DNA of 64,000 nucleotides from Snowella sp. (GTDB lineage Bacteria; Cyanobacteriota; Cyanobacteriia; Cyanobacteriales; Microcystaceae): NCBI GenBank assembly GCA_035285545.1, contig JAYKGY010000104.1, positions 64,001 to 128,000 of the forward strand, read 5' to 3'. Shown piece by piece: positions 1 to 9,482 of this stretch (position 1 is its first letter; each line of letters starts with the position of its first letter). The notes under the pieces were generated by a model. It saw only the letters and a program-made list of their open reading frames with translations, ran no database searches and was not told where the DNA came from. The position numbers and the translations under genes were made by a program.

Positions 1-1
1 T

Positions 2-3000
2 GAAGACCCCCAGGGTTGGTTACTGTCTAACGGTCAGACTTTAGCAACGGATACCGAAAATACCACCTCGAACCTTCCCTATCGTTTTTCAGGAGATGCT
101 CACACAGGGGATTATTGCTTAAAATTACCACCCTCCCCAGAAATCGGTCTGCAAAAAACCCTTTCCTTACCTGGAGGCGATCGCCACGACCGTTATATAC
201 TCTCCTGTTGGCTTAAAACCGAAACAGGCTTTGGTCAGGATACGGGGTCAGCAACTTGGCAAATTCAGTTCACACAACAGGGTCAGGCAGTGGGTCAACC
301 CGTAACGGTGGAAATTCCAGAAAGTCTTCAATGGTACTATCTCTGGCAAGTCATTGATCTGACCCAACTCACCTTTAAGCGAGAATTCCCCCTAGAGGTC
401 AGTTTATTGGTGACAAATCAAAAAGCCACAAAATATTGCCTCGTTGATAACCTGCGCTTTTCGCCTTTCCTCTGCGACTTTACGGCCAATGTCTATCGGG
501 AAAAAGACTGGTTAGTGACCGCTACCCTAGACAAGAATGGGGAAACGATGCGGCAACTCTACGATGATTATTCCCAACCCCTGGCAAACATTGGGCCTGC
601 TGAAAATGTTACTGCTCTCAGTACCCGCTATTTCTCACGGGGAGGCAATAACGATCGCTTTAACCTAGCCGATCCTAATCACAATCTGGCGATCGCCGTT
701 AAAGGAGGGGGATTCTATCAGACCTTTACCGATAATCAATGGCAAGACCGATGGCAAACCGATAATCCAGACCAGTGGTTAATTCAAAATAAAGCGTTGG
801 TCTATCAAGGCAAACAAACGGGGCAAATTACTCTCCAGGAAAGCAAAACCGATAGCGACTATGGGGTAATGGTGAAAATTACGCCCCCTGCCACGATGAC
901 CCAAGCCGTCGGCATTCGCATCGGCAACCTAACCGTACAATGGTCTCCCCAGGCGGGCCAATGGCAATTATTGGTCAGTGGTAATCCAACCCCCGTGAGT
1001 ACCTTGTCTCAAGAGACTTTACCAACAACAGAGTGGCTAGCAGTGGTAATCGAAAAAGGACTGCTTTTCTATGTAGGGGGACGGCCAATTTTTAGCTATC
1101 TCGCTTCCCAGATAATTACAGGCCCCTTAACGCTATTTACGGGCGATGCGGTGCAATTCCAAAATTTAGTCGTTTTTCATGAGCCGCAACTATCCCTTAC
1201 TTACCAAGATGGCAGTGGTCGTACCCGTCAAACCCAAACCCTAGCGGGGAATCATCTCCTCGTTTCTGAAAGTTGCTACGATGCGATCGGTCGGTTAGCA
1301 ATTAAAACCAAACCGGCCCGTTACCGTGACACCCTCTTTGGTTATCAATCGGATTTTGTCAAAGGTATTGCCTGGGACACAACGGGAATCCTGACAGGCT
1401 ACGTTGCTGACTACTACACAGAGCAAGGGGAAGGAGATTCGGACGATCAGGGTTATCCTTACTATCGCACTTGTTTTGAAGCGTCTCCCCTCTCTCGTCA
1501 GATAGAAATAGGGTCACCAGGGAAAGAATTTGCCATTACGAATCTGGATACAACCCAACCCACAGATCGCCATACAGTGAAATACAGTTACGGTGTTAAC
1601 GGTTCTGAGGGTTTCGCCAGTAAACTGAATTTACCTGCGGGGCAATATTCAGTTACGACAACAACCGATCCCGATGGCAATGTTTCTTTTAGCGTTACCG
1701 ATCCCAGTGGTAATCAATTGGCCAAAAGCGTCGAAATAGATGGGGCCAATGAAGCCTATATCGTGACTGGCTTTGATTACGACTATCAACAACAGGGTAA
1801 AGTCGAGACGGTTCGCTTACCGAATTATTACAACCCACCGACGGGTTCCCAGGCAGAAAAATGGGTAATCAACAGCACCTACGACTTTTTAGGCCGTTTA
1901 ATTCATCGGATAACCCCCGACACTACCCAACCGTTCCAATATATTTATGATCGTGCGGGACAACTGCGCTTTATGTTGGATGCGGAAGGAGCCGAAAAGG
2001 GCTATGTACTTTACACCAAGTACGATGAGCTAGGACGAATTTTAGAAGGGGGAATCTACCATCAAGCTTGGGATTTGGCTACTTTACAGGGCTATGCCAA
2101 CGATGAACCCAACCAACCAACAGCCAATTATACCTGGGGGAGAAAGTATGTTTATGACGGTGACGGGACAGATATGAATGCCCTGGGACGCTTAGTTCAA
2201 GTGTTGGTAAACAAGGGGGATGATTCAAACACAATCGCTGTTCAGGAAAGTTATCAATACGATATTTTCGGACAGGTGATTGCTAAATACCTACAGGTTA
2301 ATGATTACAGCGATCGCGCCTATCGCATCGGCTATACCTACGACAATTTGGGTAATGTGACCAAGGTTGACTACGGTGAGCTAAATGGCAAAGCGGGCCC
2401 TGTCGTTTACTACAGTTACAATGCCCTTAATCAATTAACAGGGATAGGCAGTAGTCCCGAACAGCCCCAAGCCTACGCAGCTTATCAGTATAATGCCTTG
2501 GGTGGCTTGCAACAGGAATCGTTTAATCACGGCGATCGCCCCATCGAACGAAACTTTAGTTATAACGCCCCAGGTTGGCTCCAGCAGATTAATAATGATA
2601 TTTTCCAGGAAACTCTCAGTTATACAACAGGGGGCTATAGTGCTGATGGCAGCGATAAGGGCTACTATTCAGGCAAAATTGCCCAGATTTCTTCGACTTT
2701 TAACCTTAGTAATGCAGGAAGTTTCGATTCTCAATTTTCCTATCATTACCAATACGACCGAGCAGGACGGTTACAGACGGCTCAATGTTGTAGCGATCAA
2801 CAGGTTGCCTATCCCTATAGTCTGGGTTTGAGTCCCCAGGGGGCTATTAGTTACGATGATAGCGGTAATATTCTGCAACTGTCTCATGGTAATCAAACAG
2901 CCAATGACGGTGGTTTTGCTTACCAATCCTATGTTTATCAACCTGGTACTAACCAACTGCAAAGCCTTTCGATACAAACGGAAACAGGCGCGATCGCTGA

Positions 3001-4435
3001 GAATTATACGGCAGATGGCAATGGCAATATCACAGGGGTTTCGGGTAAGTTCCAGAGCTTAACCTACGATCCCTTAACCCAAATGACGGCAAGTATTACT
3101 CCCACAACGGGAGAGGCGGTTACTTTTACCTACGGGGGGCGTAGTCAACGAGTGCTGAAATCCCAAGGCGATCGCCAAAAACTGTACATTCATGGCAGTA
3201 ATAGTTACCCTCTCATCGAGTTAGAAAAAACGGGGACTGGCTCGGAGAAAGTGACCTTTTATTTCTATGGGCTAAATGGTCTGTTGGCTTTTACCTCAGA
3301 TACTTCCTTGGCAAGTATTCAGTATGTCTTAAAAGACCGCAAAGGTTCCACCAGGGCAGTCGTAGATAGCAAAACCCATCAAGTTTTAGCGGCTTATAAT
3401 TACCTAGCCTTTGGGGATTTAATGGGCGAGGCTTATGGTCAAAGTGATTTGGCTTATCTTTATACGGGGCAAGAATACGATGCTGAAATCCGTTTGTATA
3501 ATTACCGAGCGCGATTTTATGACAGTCGTTTAGGGCGTTTCTATGGGCCCGATCCTGCGGGTCAACAACCCTCTCCTTTTGCCTATTGTGGTAATGATCC
3601 GATTCTTTTTAGTGATAAAACAGGCCGCATTTTTGGTATTGATGACTTATTCACAGCATTTATTGTCTGTATCATAGCTGGGGCAGTGATCGGTGGCGTT
3701 GCAACGGGGATTACTTATGCAGTAACAACTGATCATTTTACTTGGGGAGGCTTTTTTGAAAATGTAGGTATTGGCGCGTTAACAGGTGCCGTAAGTGGAG
3801 CAATGGCCTTTGGTAGTACCGTTGCTGGATTGGCAGTTAGCGGATATGTTGCTACGGCAACAACAGCTTCGCTAACAAGCACTATTCTTGCAGGGACAGT
3901 TACAGCAGCAGCAGTATCGGCCGTTGGAGAAGCCGAAGTTTCTGTGCTTGGTCAACTCGCCATGAATGCAGTAGATGGCAAACCCTTAGGGGCTGGCCTT
4001 GGTATGGCGGCAGCGATCGGTGCCGGAGTTGGCTTCGTCACTGGCGGATTGGCAGAAACATTAGAACTGTTCAAAGGTTTCACAACCTTAAGAAATCCAG
4101 GTGTAGGTTCTGAAAGAGTTTATCGTTTTAAAACTTTACAGGAGATCATTGAAAAAAGAGGAGAACAAGCCACTGAAGAAACAGTAAGCCAAGTAACTTT
4201 AAGACCTAACTATAATACACAAGAGATTAAAAATATTCTCGCAGAAAAGTCTCCTCCTAGTTCGAGTAAGAATAATTTATTTCTGACTAGTGAGCCTGCC
4301 CAGGATTCCATACATCAGCTATCAGGTCAAAACATGGGTAATTACCAAAGCAATACATCTAGTAGTCGCCTGTCTGACTTGCTTGATAAGTATGCACCAA
4401 CTGAACAGCAGAGAAAGGCCATATTTAATATTTAA
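2..4435 (+). CDS. RHS/YD-repeat protein with RHS-associated core and hydrophobic Gly/Ala-rich C-terminal extension (5' end outside window)
   Basis: Frame of the 290..4435 ORF stays open back to base 2 (EDPQGWLLSNG...). YD repeats (YDAIGR, YDFLGR, YDRAGQ, YDELGR, YDNLGN); core YLYTGQEYDAEIRLYNYRARFYDSRLGRFYGPDP...NDPILFSDKTG; DUF6443-like segment (YQDGSGR...FEASPLSR..EIGSPG). Confidence 0.92.
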   Translation, partial: EDPQGWLLSNGQTLATDTENTTSNLPYRFSGDAHTGDYCLKLPPSPEIGLQKTLSLPGGDRHDRYILSCWLKTETGFGQDTGSATWQIQFTQQGQAVGQPVTVEIPESLQWYYLWQVIDLTQLTFKREFPLEVSLLVTNQKATKYCLVDNLRFSPFLCDFTANVYREKDWLVTATLDKNGETMRQLYDDYSQPLANIGPAENVTALSTRYFSRGGNNDRFNLADPNHNLAIAVKGGGFYQTFTDNQWQDRWQTDNPDQWLIQNKALVYQGKQTGQITLQESKTDSDYGVMVKITPPATMTQAVGIRIGNLTVQWSPQAGQWQLLVSGNPTPVSTLSQETLPTTEWLAVVIEKGLLFYVGGRPIFSYLASQIITGPLTLFTGDAVQFQNLVVFHEPQLSLTYQDGSGRTRQTQTLAGNHLLVSESCYDAIGRLAIKTKPARYRDTLFGYQSDFVKGIAWDTTGILTGYVADYYTEQGEGDSDDQGYPYYRTCFEASPLSRQIEIGSPGKEFAITNLDTTQPTDRHTVKYSYGVNGSEGFASKLNLPAGQYSVTTTTDPDGNVSFSVTDPSGNQLAKSVEIDGANEAYIVTGFDYDYQQQGKVETVRLPNYYNPPTGSQAEKWVINSTYDFLGRLIHRITPDTTQPFQYIYDRAGQLRFMLDAEGAEKGYVLYTKYDELGRILEGGIYHQAWDLATLQGYANDEPNQPTANYTWGRKYVYDGDGTDMNALGRLVQVLVNKGDDSNTIAVQESYQYDIFGQVIAKYLQVNDYSDRAYRIGYTYDNLGNVTKVDYGELNGKAGPVVYYSYNALNQLTGIGSSPEQPQAYAAYQYNALGGLQQESFNHGDRPIERNFSYNAPGWLQQINNDIFQETLSYTTGGYSADGSDKGYYSGKIAQISSTFNLSNAGSFDSQFSYHYQYDRAGRLQTAQCCSDQQVAYPYSLGLSPQGAISYDDSGNILQLSHGNQTANDGGFAYQSYVYQPGTNQLQSLSIQTETGAIAENYTADGNGNITGVSGKFQSLTYDPLTQMTASITPTTGEAVTFTYGGRSQRVLKSQGDRQKLYIHGSNSYPLIELEKTGTGSEKVTFYFYGLNGLLAFTSDTSLASIQYVLKDRKGSTRAVVDSKTHQVLAAYNYLAFGDLMGEAYGQSDLAYLYTGQEYDAEIRLYNYRARFYDSRLGRFYGPDPAGQQPSPFAYCGNDPILFSDKTGRIFGIDDLFTAFIVCIIAGAVIGGVATGITYAVTTDHFTWGGFFENVGIGALTGAVSGAMAFGSTVAGLAVSGYVATATTASLTSTILAGTVTAAAVSAVGEAEVSVLGQLAMNAVDGKPLGAGLGMAAAIGAGVGFVTGGLAETLELFKGFTTLRNPGVGSERVYRFKTLQEIIEKRGEQATEETVSQVTLRPNYNTQEIKNILAEKSPPSSSKNNLFLTSEPAQDSIHQLSGQNMGNYQSNTSSSRLSDLLDKYAPTEQQRKAIFNI

Positions 4436-4490
4436 TAATTTATAGAGATCGCAGATTGTAGATACTGGGTTAAGTGTCAAGGGGAGACAG

Positions 4491-4520
4491 GCAGGATGGG
4501 TTAGCATTGCGTAATCCATC
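4491..4520 (+). repeat. REP-like palindrome
   Basis: GCAG-GATGGGTTA-GCATTGCG-TAATCCATC: imperfect hairpin after a GTAG-like tetranucleotide, between convergent genes. Confidence 0.5.
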
Positions 4521-4601
4521 AAAAATACTAAATCTACTTATCTAAATCCCCTTGAAAATAGGTAGGAGTTTGGTTTCTCAATTCGTTGATGATAGAACTG
4601 T

Positions 4602-5180
4602 TCAAGATTCAGTTGCAAGAATAAGACCCTGATAAATTTGCTCAATGGGAAAATTTAAATTAATGCTTTTTAATTCAATAATATCCCCTTGTTGATAATT
4701 AAAAATGAGCCATTCACCTAAATGGTTTTTATGATATAAATCCATTTCGATGCTGGTGGAACTCACTAATAAATAATCTTGTAAAACAGGGTTTTGACGA
4801 TATAGCCGAAACTTTCCTCCCCGATCATAGGCTTCCGTACTGGCTGATATAACCTCAATAATTAGACAAGGATAGGTAAAATATCGGGTTTGTTTTTTGT
4901 CCCTTTCATCACACGTTACGCTCGCATCAGGATAGGTATAATTATTTGTGCCAGCAATATTAATCTTAATATCTGAATTGCCCGTTATACAGCCGCGATC
5001 GCCGACATGAGCATCCAACATGGCTGTTAATCGAATTGCCAGACGACCATGATTAACACTGCCACCACTCATTGCATATACTTCGCCGTCAATATATTCG
5101 TGTTTTTCGGCCTGTGTTTCTTCCCAACGAAAATAATCTTCGGATGTTAAGGGGCGAAAATGATCTTGATTTGCAATCAT
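4602..5180 (-). CDS. Uma2 family (DUF820) PD-(D/E)xK-like endonuclease
   Basis: HEYIDGEVYAMSGGS..H, YTYPDASV, PCLIIEVIS.ST..YDRG.KF..Y, DYLLVS. ATG at 5180 preferred over TTG at 5189. Confidence 0.92.
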   Translation of the reverse strand: MIANQDHFRPLTSEDYFRWEETQAEKHEYIDGEVYAMSGGSVNHGRLAIRLTAMLDAHVGDRGCITGNSDIKINIAGTNNYTYPDASVTCDERDKKQTRYFTYPCLIIEVISASTEAYDRGGKFRLYRQNPVLQDYLLVSSTSIEMDLYHKNHLGEWLIFNYQQGDIIELKSINLNFPIEQIYQGLILATES

Positions 5181-5258
5181 AATGAGCAAAACGCATCCAA
5201 TCGATTTTAACTCCAGTTCTTCTCATTATCTCCATTTCTTGTTTATAGCGTGACATTC

Positions 5259-6371
5259 TTAGCCAACCCTTTGCCAAGCCAGCAGTGCCTTGATCACAAA
5301 AGCAGTAGTAATCGTCCGACTTCCATAAAATAAGATTGCTCGAATATTGCCAGATGCCCGACCCAACTCCATACGAATAAATCGACAACTCGGCCAAGAT
5401 TGATCGGATTGTTGACATTCTTGGAGATAACTCAATGCTTGAAAAATAAAGTCTTTATGGATTAAGGTTTTTCCCTCTGGATACGCAAAAGCCAAACCTA
5501 ATAACGCCAAAGCCGTACTTAACGGATCGGTAACCGCCTCAATTCCCCAACCGCTATCTTCTCGTTGAGATCCGACTAAAAAATTAACGCCTCGCGCCAA
5601 GCTAGGGGATAAGGGACGGACTAAAGCCAATAATCGTAAACACACATAAGTTCCGTAAAAAGGCCCGTGATACCAAGAGCTTTGCCAACTTCCATCGGCT
5701 TTTTGTTGGTTTTCTAAATAGGTCACACCCTTTTCAATGACCTGGCTAAATCGCTCTACATCGTAAAGAACCAACGCATACAGCAAATTGGCCATCACAT
5801 CAGGATCAGGGCCAGTTCCCCAAGCTAACCTAGCCCACTCATCTTGAAGTTGTTGTTCTGGAGTACGGTTATTTTTCGGAATAATCCAAGTCTCAAAGGA
5901 ACCATCAGGATAATAATTATCTTTAAGCAAAACAGCTAGGGGCAATTCACAGGTATTTTTTACCTCATCCTGTCGTTGCGATCGCAGCAAAACCTGCATA
6001 ATTTGGGCTAAATCATCTGCATCGGGAGGTAACTCAGGTAAATGGGGAAAATAGCCCCAGCCGCCTACTCCGGTCTGACGTTGACCACTCAGTAGATAGT
6101 TAGTTTCTTGTTCGATCAACGGTTGCCAGACTTCCCCAAAATGCTCTCTGAGATCCCACAAGGTATCAGCAATTAAGGCCCTAGCAAAAATATCGCCCTG
6201 ATGTTCTTCCTGAGGAGAGGTAAACCCCTGGGTCTGGGGAAACAACATCCGATGAGCCGCCTCTGCAAATCCCTGTTGTCCCTGAACTGCCAAAAATTGC
6301 AAACTTTTTTCTAAGCAATTTTGGAGACGGATTTCCGAAAAATTTTGAGGAGAAGGCAACGTAGAAACCAT
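5259..6371 (-). CDS. Prenyltransferase/squalene-oxidase-repeat protein, stand-alone class II terpene cyclase-like domain
   Basis: DxDD motif (LPPDADDLAQ) after GGWGYFP; QW-like repeats (QQKADGSW, SQREDSGW, CQQSDQSW); about 370 aa, the size of one alpha-barrel. Confidence 0.8.
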   Translation of the reverse strand: MVSTLPSPQNFSEIRLQNCLEKSLQFLAVQGQQGFAEAAHRMLFPQTQGFTSPQEEHQGDIFARALIADTLWDLREHFGEVWQPLIEQETNYLLSGQRQTGVGGWGYFPHLPELPPDADDLAQIMQVLLRSQRQDEVKNTCELPLAVLLKDNYYPDGSFETWIIPKNNRTPEQQLQDEWARLAWGTGPDPDVMANLLYALVLYDVERFSQVIEKGVTYLENQQKADGSWQSSWYHGPFYGTYVCLRLLALVRPLSPSLARGVNFLVGSQREDSGWGIEAVTDPLSTALALLGLAFAYPEGKTLIHKDFIFQALSYLQECQQSDQSWPSCRFIRMELGRASGNIRAILFYGSRTITTAFVIKALLAWQRVG

Positions 6372-6408
6372 AGTCAAACGGTATAAAGCAGGGAATTTGG
6401 ACGTTATT

Positions 6409-7254
6409 TTAGATAGCTTTCGGTAGCTTAAAGGCTAAATCTTCAGCGGTGAGCGGTTCAAATCCTTTATCAATAAAACCTAAACTTTTAAGCCCCTTAG
6501 GTTTTTGTCCTAAAATAGCATTCTCATAAAACATTATTTTGGTATAAAAATCATCTTCAACTTCAAAAATTTCTAATTGATTAGGATACTGATGATGATC
6601 CCAATGATAATATCTTAAAGGACTGACTTTTGGAATCATTAAGCCTGCTAAGACAACCCTTTCTGTGTCAGATTGATTGGGAGGAGAGCAGTGAAATAAG
6701 CGAGTATTATAAACAACGGCTTGGCCAGCTTTCATTGGCAATGCTGTTAAGTATTTTTCCTCAATAACTGGTAATAGATGCCGATAGGGAAACTCATTGA
6801 GTCCTCCCCTGGGCTGAGTATTAAGGTGATGACTCCCTGGGACTAAGTGGAGACAACCATTAAACGGCTGTACATCAATCAGAGGACACCAAATTCCCAG
6901 GGATTGAAATCGACTTTCATCGGTAAAAGACCAATCCTGGTGCATCTGGACTTGACTATCCGTTCGGGCTGCTTTTTTGACAACAAAATTCCAAAAACAT
7001 AAACGATAATCTGGAAATAGCGTTGTTATTTTCCTGCCCAAAAGTTCCTTGGTTTTTACATTAATAAATTTTCGATAATCAACATCTGCACTCATAATAC
7101 TAGGGGCAAAACCTGTTGTGAGTCCAGAAGATTTTTGCTGATAGAGATTTAATACAAATTGTATTTCGGCTTTATCTAGGAAATCAATAACCAGATATCC
7201 CGCTTTTTCAAAGGTTTCTGTCTGTAAAGGAATTTGATGTAAAAGTTGAGTCAT
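6409..7254 (-). CDS. Phytanoyl-CoA dioxygenase (PhyH) family Fe(II)/2-oxoglutarate oxygenase
   Basis: MHQDW, IWCPL.D....NGCLHLVPGSH, MKAGQAVVYN.RLFHCSPPN.S..ER. Likely start MTQLL at 7254. Confidence 0.9.
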   Translation of the reverse strand: MTQLLHQIPLQTETFEKAGYLVIDFLDKAEIQFVLNLYQQKSSGLTTGFAPSIMSADVDYRKFINVKTKELLGRKITTLFPDYRLCFWNFVVKKAARTDSQVQMHQDWSFTDESRFQSLGIWCPLIDVQPFNGCLHLVPGSHHLNTQPRGGLNEFPYRHLLPVIEEKYLTALPMKAGQAVVYNTRLFHCSPPNQSDTERVVLAGLMIPKVSPLRYYHWDHHQYPNQLEIFEVEDDFYTKIMFYENAILGQKPKGLKSLGFIDKGFEPLTAEDLAFKLPKAI

Positions 7255-7303
7255 AATTAATCGCAATTTAATGATATTGAAGCTGATTTTATAGCTATTT
7301 CCC

Positions 7304-7669
7304 CTAGTTCTCTTTTGGAAGGGAAGAATCAGAAAGTGATGGTTCACTCACAGATAAATTCAGTCTATTTTTAATACTTAAAAAACTGAGGACAAACCAC
7401 AATTTTAAAATTAACCAAGGGACTGCAATATATACCCAGCGACCAATGGGATATTTTCCGGTTTGAAATGTGGAATGAAATAGAACTAATTGACCTCTTG
7501 CTTCGGGATGTTGTTGATAAAACTGATTGGCGGTGTCTGATTCAATGGGAATTCGCTCTATTTGCTGAAAAGAACACCAGACGACCAGTTGCGACAGTAA
7601 CCGACATTTTCCGCACCGACCTGCATAAAATAGACGGGGTTTTTCGGGCTTTAAAAGATTAGTGTTCAT
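7304..7669 (-). CDS. DCC1/DUF393-like thiol-disulfide oxidoreductase
   Basis: N-terminal LFYAGRCGKC resembles the family DxxCxxC motif with D->A; hydrophobic C-terminal helix; lies within the operon. Confidence 0.6.
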   Translation of the reverse strand: MNTNLLKPEKPRLFYAGRCGKCRLLSQLVVWCSFQQIERIPIESDTANQFYQQHPEARGQLVLFHSTFQTGKYPIGRWVYIAVPWLILKLWFVLSFLSIKNRLNLSVSEPSLSDSSLPKEN

Positions 7670-7713
7670 AGATTAATGGGGGTTAATGAACTTTTTAATA
7701 GGGCCGATTAATA

Positions 7714-8739
7714 CTAAGAGGAAACAGGAAAGGCTTTGAGATAAAGATTTAATCGTAAATTTTCCTGAGTATCGCATCCCATTCCTAGATAAGAAACTGT
7801 GCTACGGTTTTGCTCCAGGGCTTCTGCAATAGGTAACCTGGCTAAACCATACTGTTGCGTACAGCGATTGACTAAATTAATCCATTGGTCGGGGCGATAG
7901 GGTAAACAATGCCCACAAACATCTACTTTGACATCTACTATTTTGCCAGTGGCGATCGCGAAACCTAAGCTAGGAACAATACCCATTAATTGCAAAATAT
8001 TGTCCCGGATAACGAGGGTTAAAAACGTGGCTAAATCGGAATTTTGCAGGAGTTCAATCCCCAGACGATCTAAACGAGTCGGACGCAAAAAACGCCAGTA
8101 AAGTTTAGCCCGTACATTCTCAAGGTTTGATCCTTCGATACCAATACTTTGTAAATAGGCACAATCTCGTAAAGCGGCGATCGCGGTTCTAGCCTCTGTC
8201 GCATCGGGTAAAATGGCAGTTAACCAGCGTTCAGCCCAATCCCAAGCCATTTGAATGCCTTCTGTCCGTCGAGCGTCTACATACATCGCACAACCCGGTG
8301 TATCCAGTCCTGCACCTAACCATAGTACGCCACTGGTGAAACGGGCAAATTCAGCTACATCCTTGGGAATATATCGGTTTAAAGTGCGATCGCAGAGAGA
8401 TGCTAAGGCAGGAGAGTCGGTTAATGTCAGTATCTCCGTTAACGCTAAATAACTTGCGTCAAACCGAGCTTTCGGATCAGCCAAAACAAAACCAGGATCG
8501 CCCAGTAATCGGCTATAGCAGTGATTTTCTGTAGCAGTCAAACACAGTTGTAACGGAGAACCATCACTATTTAGCCCTGATCGCCCACCGCGTTGACCTT
8601 GATCATCGGGGGGAATCGCCAACAAAGTTTGACTCAAGGCTGCCACAGACTCAGGGGAAACGCCACTTACTTGAGTCGTTACTGCTAATAGGTCTTTGAG
8701 GCGGGCTTCTATCCCGTATCTCGTAAACAGTCCTAACAT
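7714..8739 (-). CDS. Divergent aromatic prenyltransferase-like protein (DMATS/ABBA fold)
   Basis: Motif order SGLNSDGSPLQLC, RLLGDPG, LWLGAG, AMYVD, SIGIEG, RAKLYW, DVKVD, VSYLGM, RLNLYLK parallels DMATS-type barrel strands. Confidence 0.6.
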   Translation of the reverse strand: MLGLFTRYGIEARLKDLLAVTTQVSGVSPESVAALSQTLLAIPPDDQGQRGGRSGLNSDGSPLQLCLTATENHCYSRLLGDPGFVLADPKARFDASYLALTEILTLTDSPALASLCDRTLNRYIPKDVAEFARFTSGVLWLGAGLDTPGCAMYVDARRTEGIQMAWDWAERWLTAILPDATEARTAIAALRDCAYLQSIGIEGSNLENVRAKLYWRFLRPTRLDRLGIELLQNSDLATFLTLVIRDNILQLMGIVPSLGFAIATGKIVDVKVDVCGHCLPYRPDQWINLVNRCTQQYGLARLPIAEALEQNRSTVSYLGMGCDTQENLRLNLYLKAFPVSS

Positions 8740-8741
8740 CT

Positions 8742-9422
8742 TTAGTTTTTAGTGACCGATATATTACTAGTAACCCCAGGATTTCCGCTAGAGCCTGACT
8801 GGCCAGGATTACCATTGCTTCCTGGCGTCCCTGGTTTAGCGCCCCCTCCCGCATCACCGCCGAGGCCCCCTTGCCCCCCCTGACCCCCATGACCCCCAGT
8901 TCCTCCTGGAGCCGGATAGGGAGTAGCAAAAACATCACCGCCTTGGGCAGAAGAGGTGTAGATCACTCGAACCGTTGTACCATTGCCGCCGTTCCCGCCT
9001 TTGCCCCCGTCGCCGCCATTGCCACCGTTCCCGCCTTTACCCCCATCGCTTCCAGCACAATCTGCACCAGCAGGGCATTTTGAGGACTCGCCGCCATGCC
9101 CGCCATTACCGCCATTACCACCTTTACCACCATCTCCTCCGTCTCCACCTTTACCACCCCCTGAATAAAGGGTAATATTACCCACTAACTCACTAATGGT
9201 AATCGTTGCGGGTTGAGCATCTAATCCATTACTCCCCTCACCCCCACGAATTCCTGTCCCACCAGAGACTGCATCACTCCCCGGTGAGGAATGCGGATCA
9301 CAGGCTGATTTCCAATCGCAATCAGCATCTCGTCCTCGACTACCATCGTTGCCGTTAGGGCCTGAATCTCCATGACTCCCGCTAGCACCATTGGCTCCAA
9401 CGACTAAAATATCGTAGTTCAT
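8742..9422 (-). CDS. Glycine-rich (GXX/GGX) collagen-like, polyproline-II-bundle-like protein
   Basis: Six Gly-periodic tracts separated by two CX5C loops and beta-strand-like linkers; GAGGA RBS upstream; stop 2 bp before the next start. Confidence 0.85.
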   Translation of the reverse strand: MNYDILVVGANGASGSHGDSGPNGNDGSRGRDADCDWKSACDPHSSPGSDAVSGGTGIRGGEGSNGLDAQPATITISELVGNITLYSGGGKGGDGGDGGKGGNGGNGGHGGESSKCPAGADCAGSDGGKGGNGGNGGDGGKGGNGGNGTTVRVIYTSSAQGGDVFATPYPAPGGTGGHGGQGGQGGLGGDAGGGAKPGTPGSNGNPGQSGSSGNPGVTSNISVTKN

Positions 9423-9482
9423 TATGTTTAAATCCTCAAAATAAAATGCAAAAACTGATTATTGATTGTGGGTAAACGAACA

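Noticed and set aside
290..292. GTG start given for the RHS ORF
   Set aside because: The frame is open to the window edge, so the real start lies upstream of base 1.
8871..9175. Plus-strand Pro-rich and Arg/His-rich ORFs (e.g. MPPFPPLPPSPP...)
   Set aside because: Antisense shadows of the GGN codons of the Gly-rich gene, which has the RBS and the operon context.
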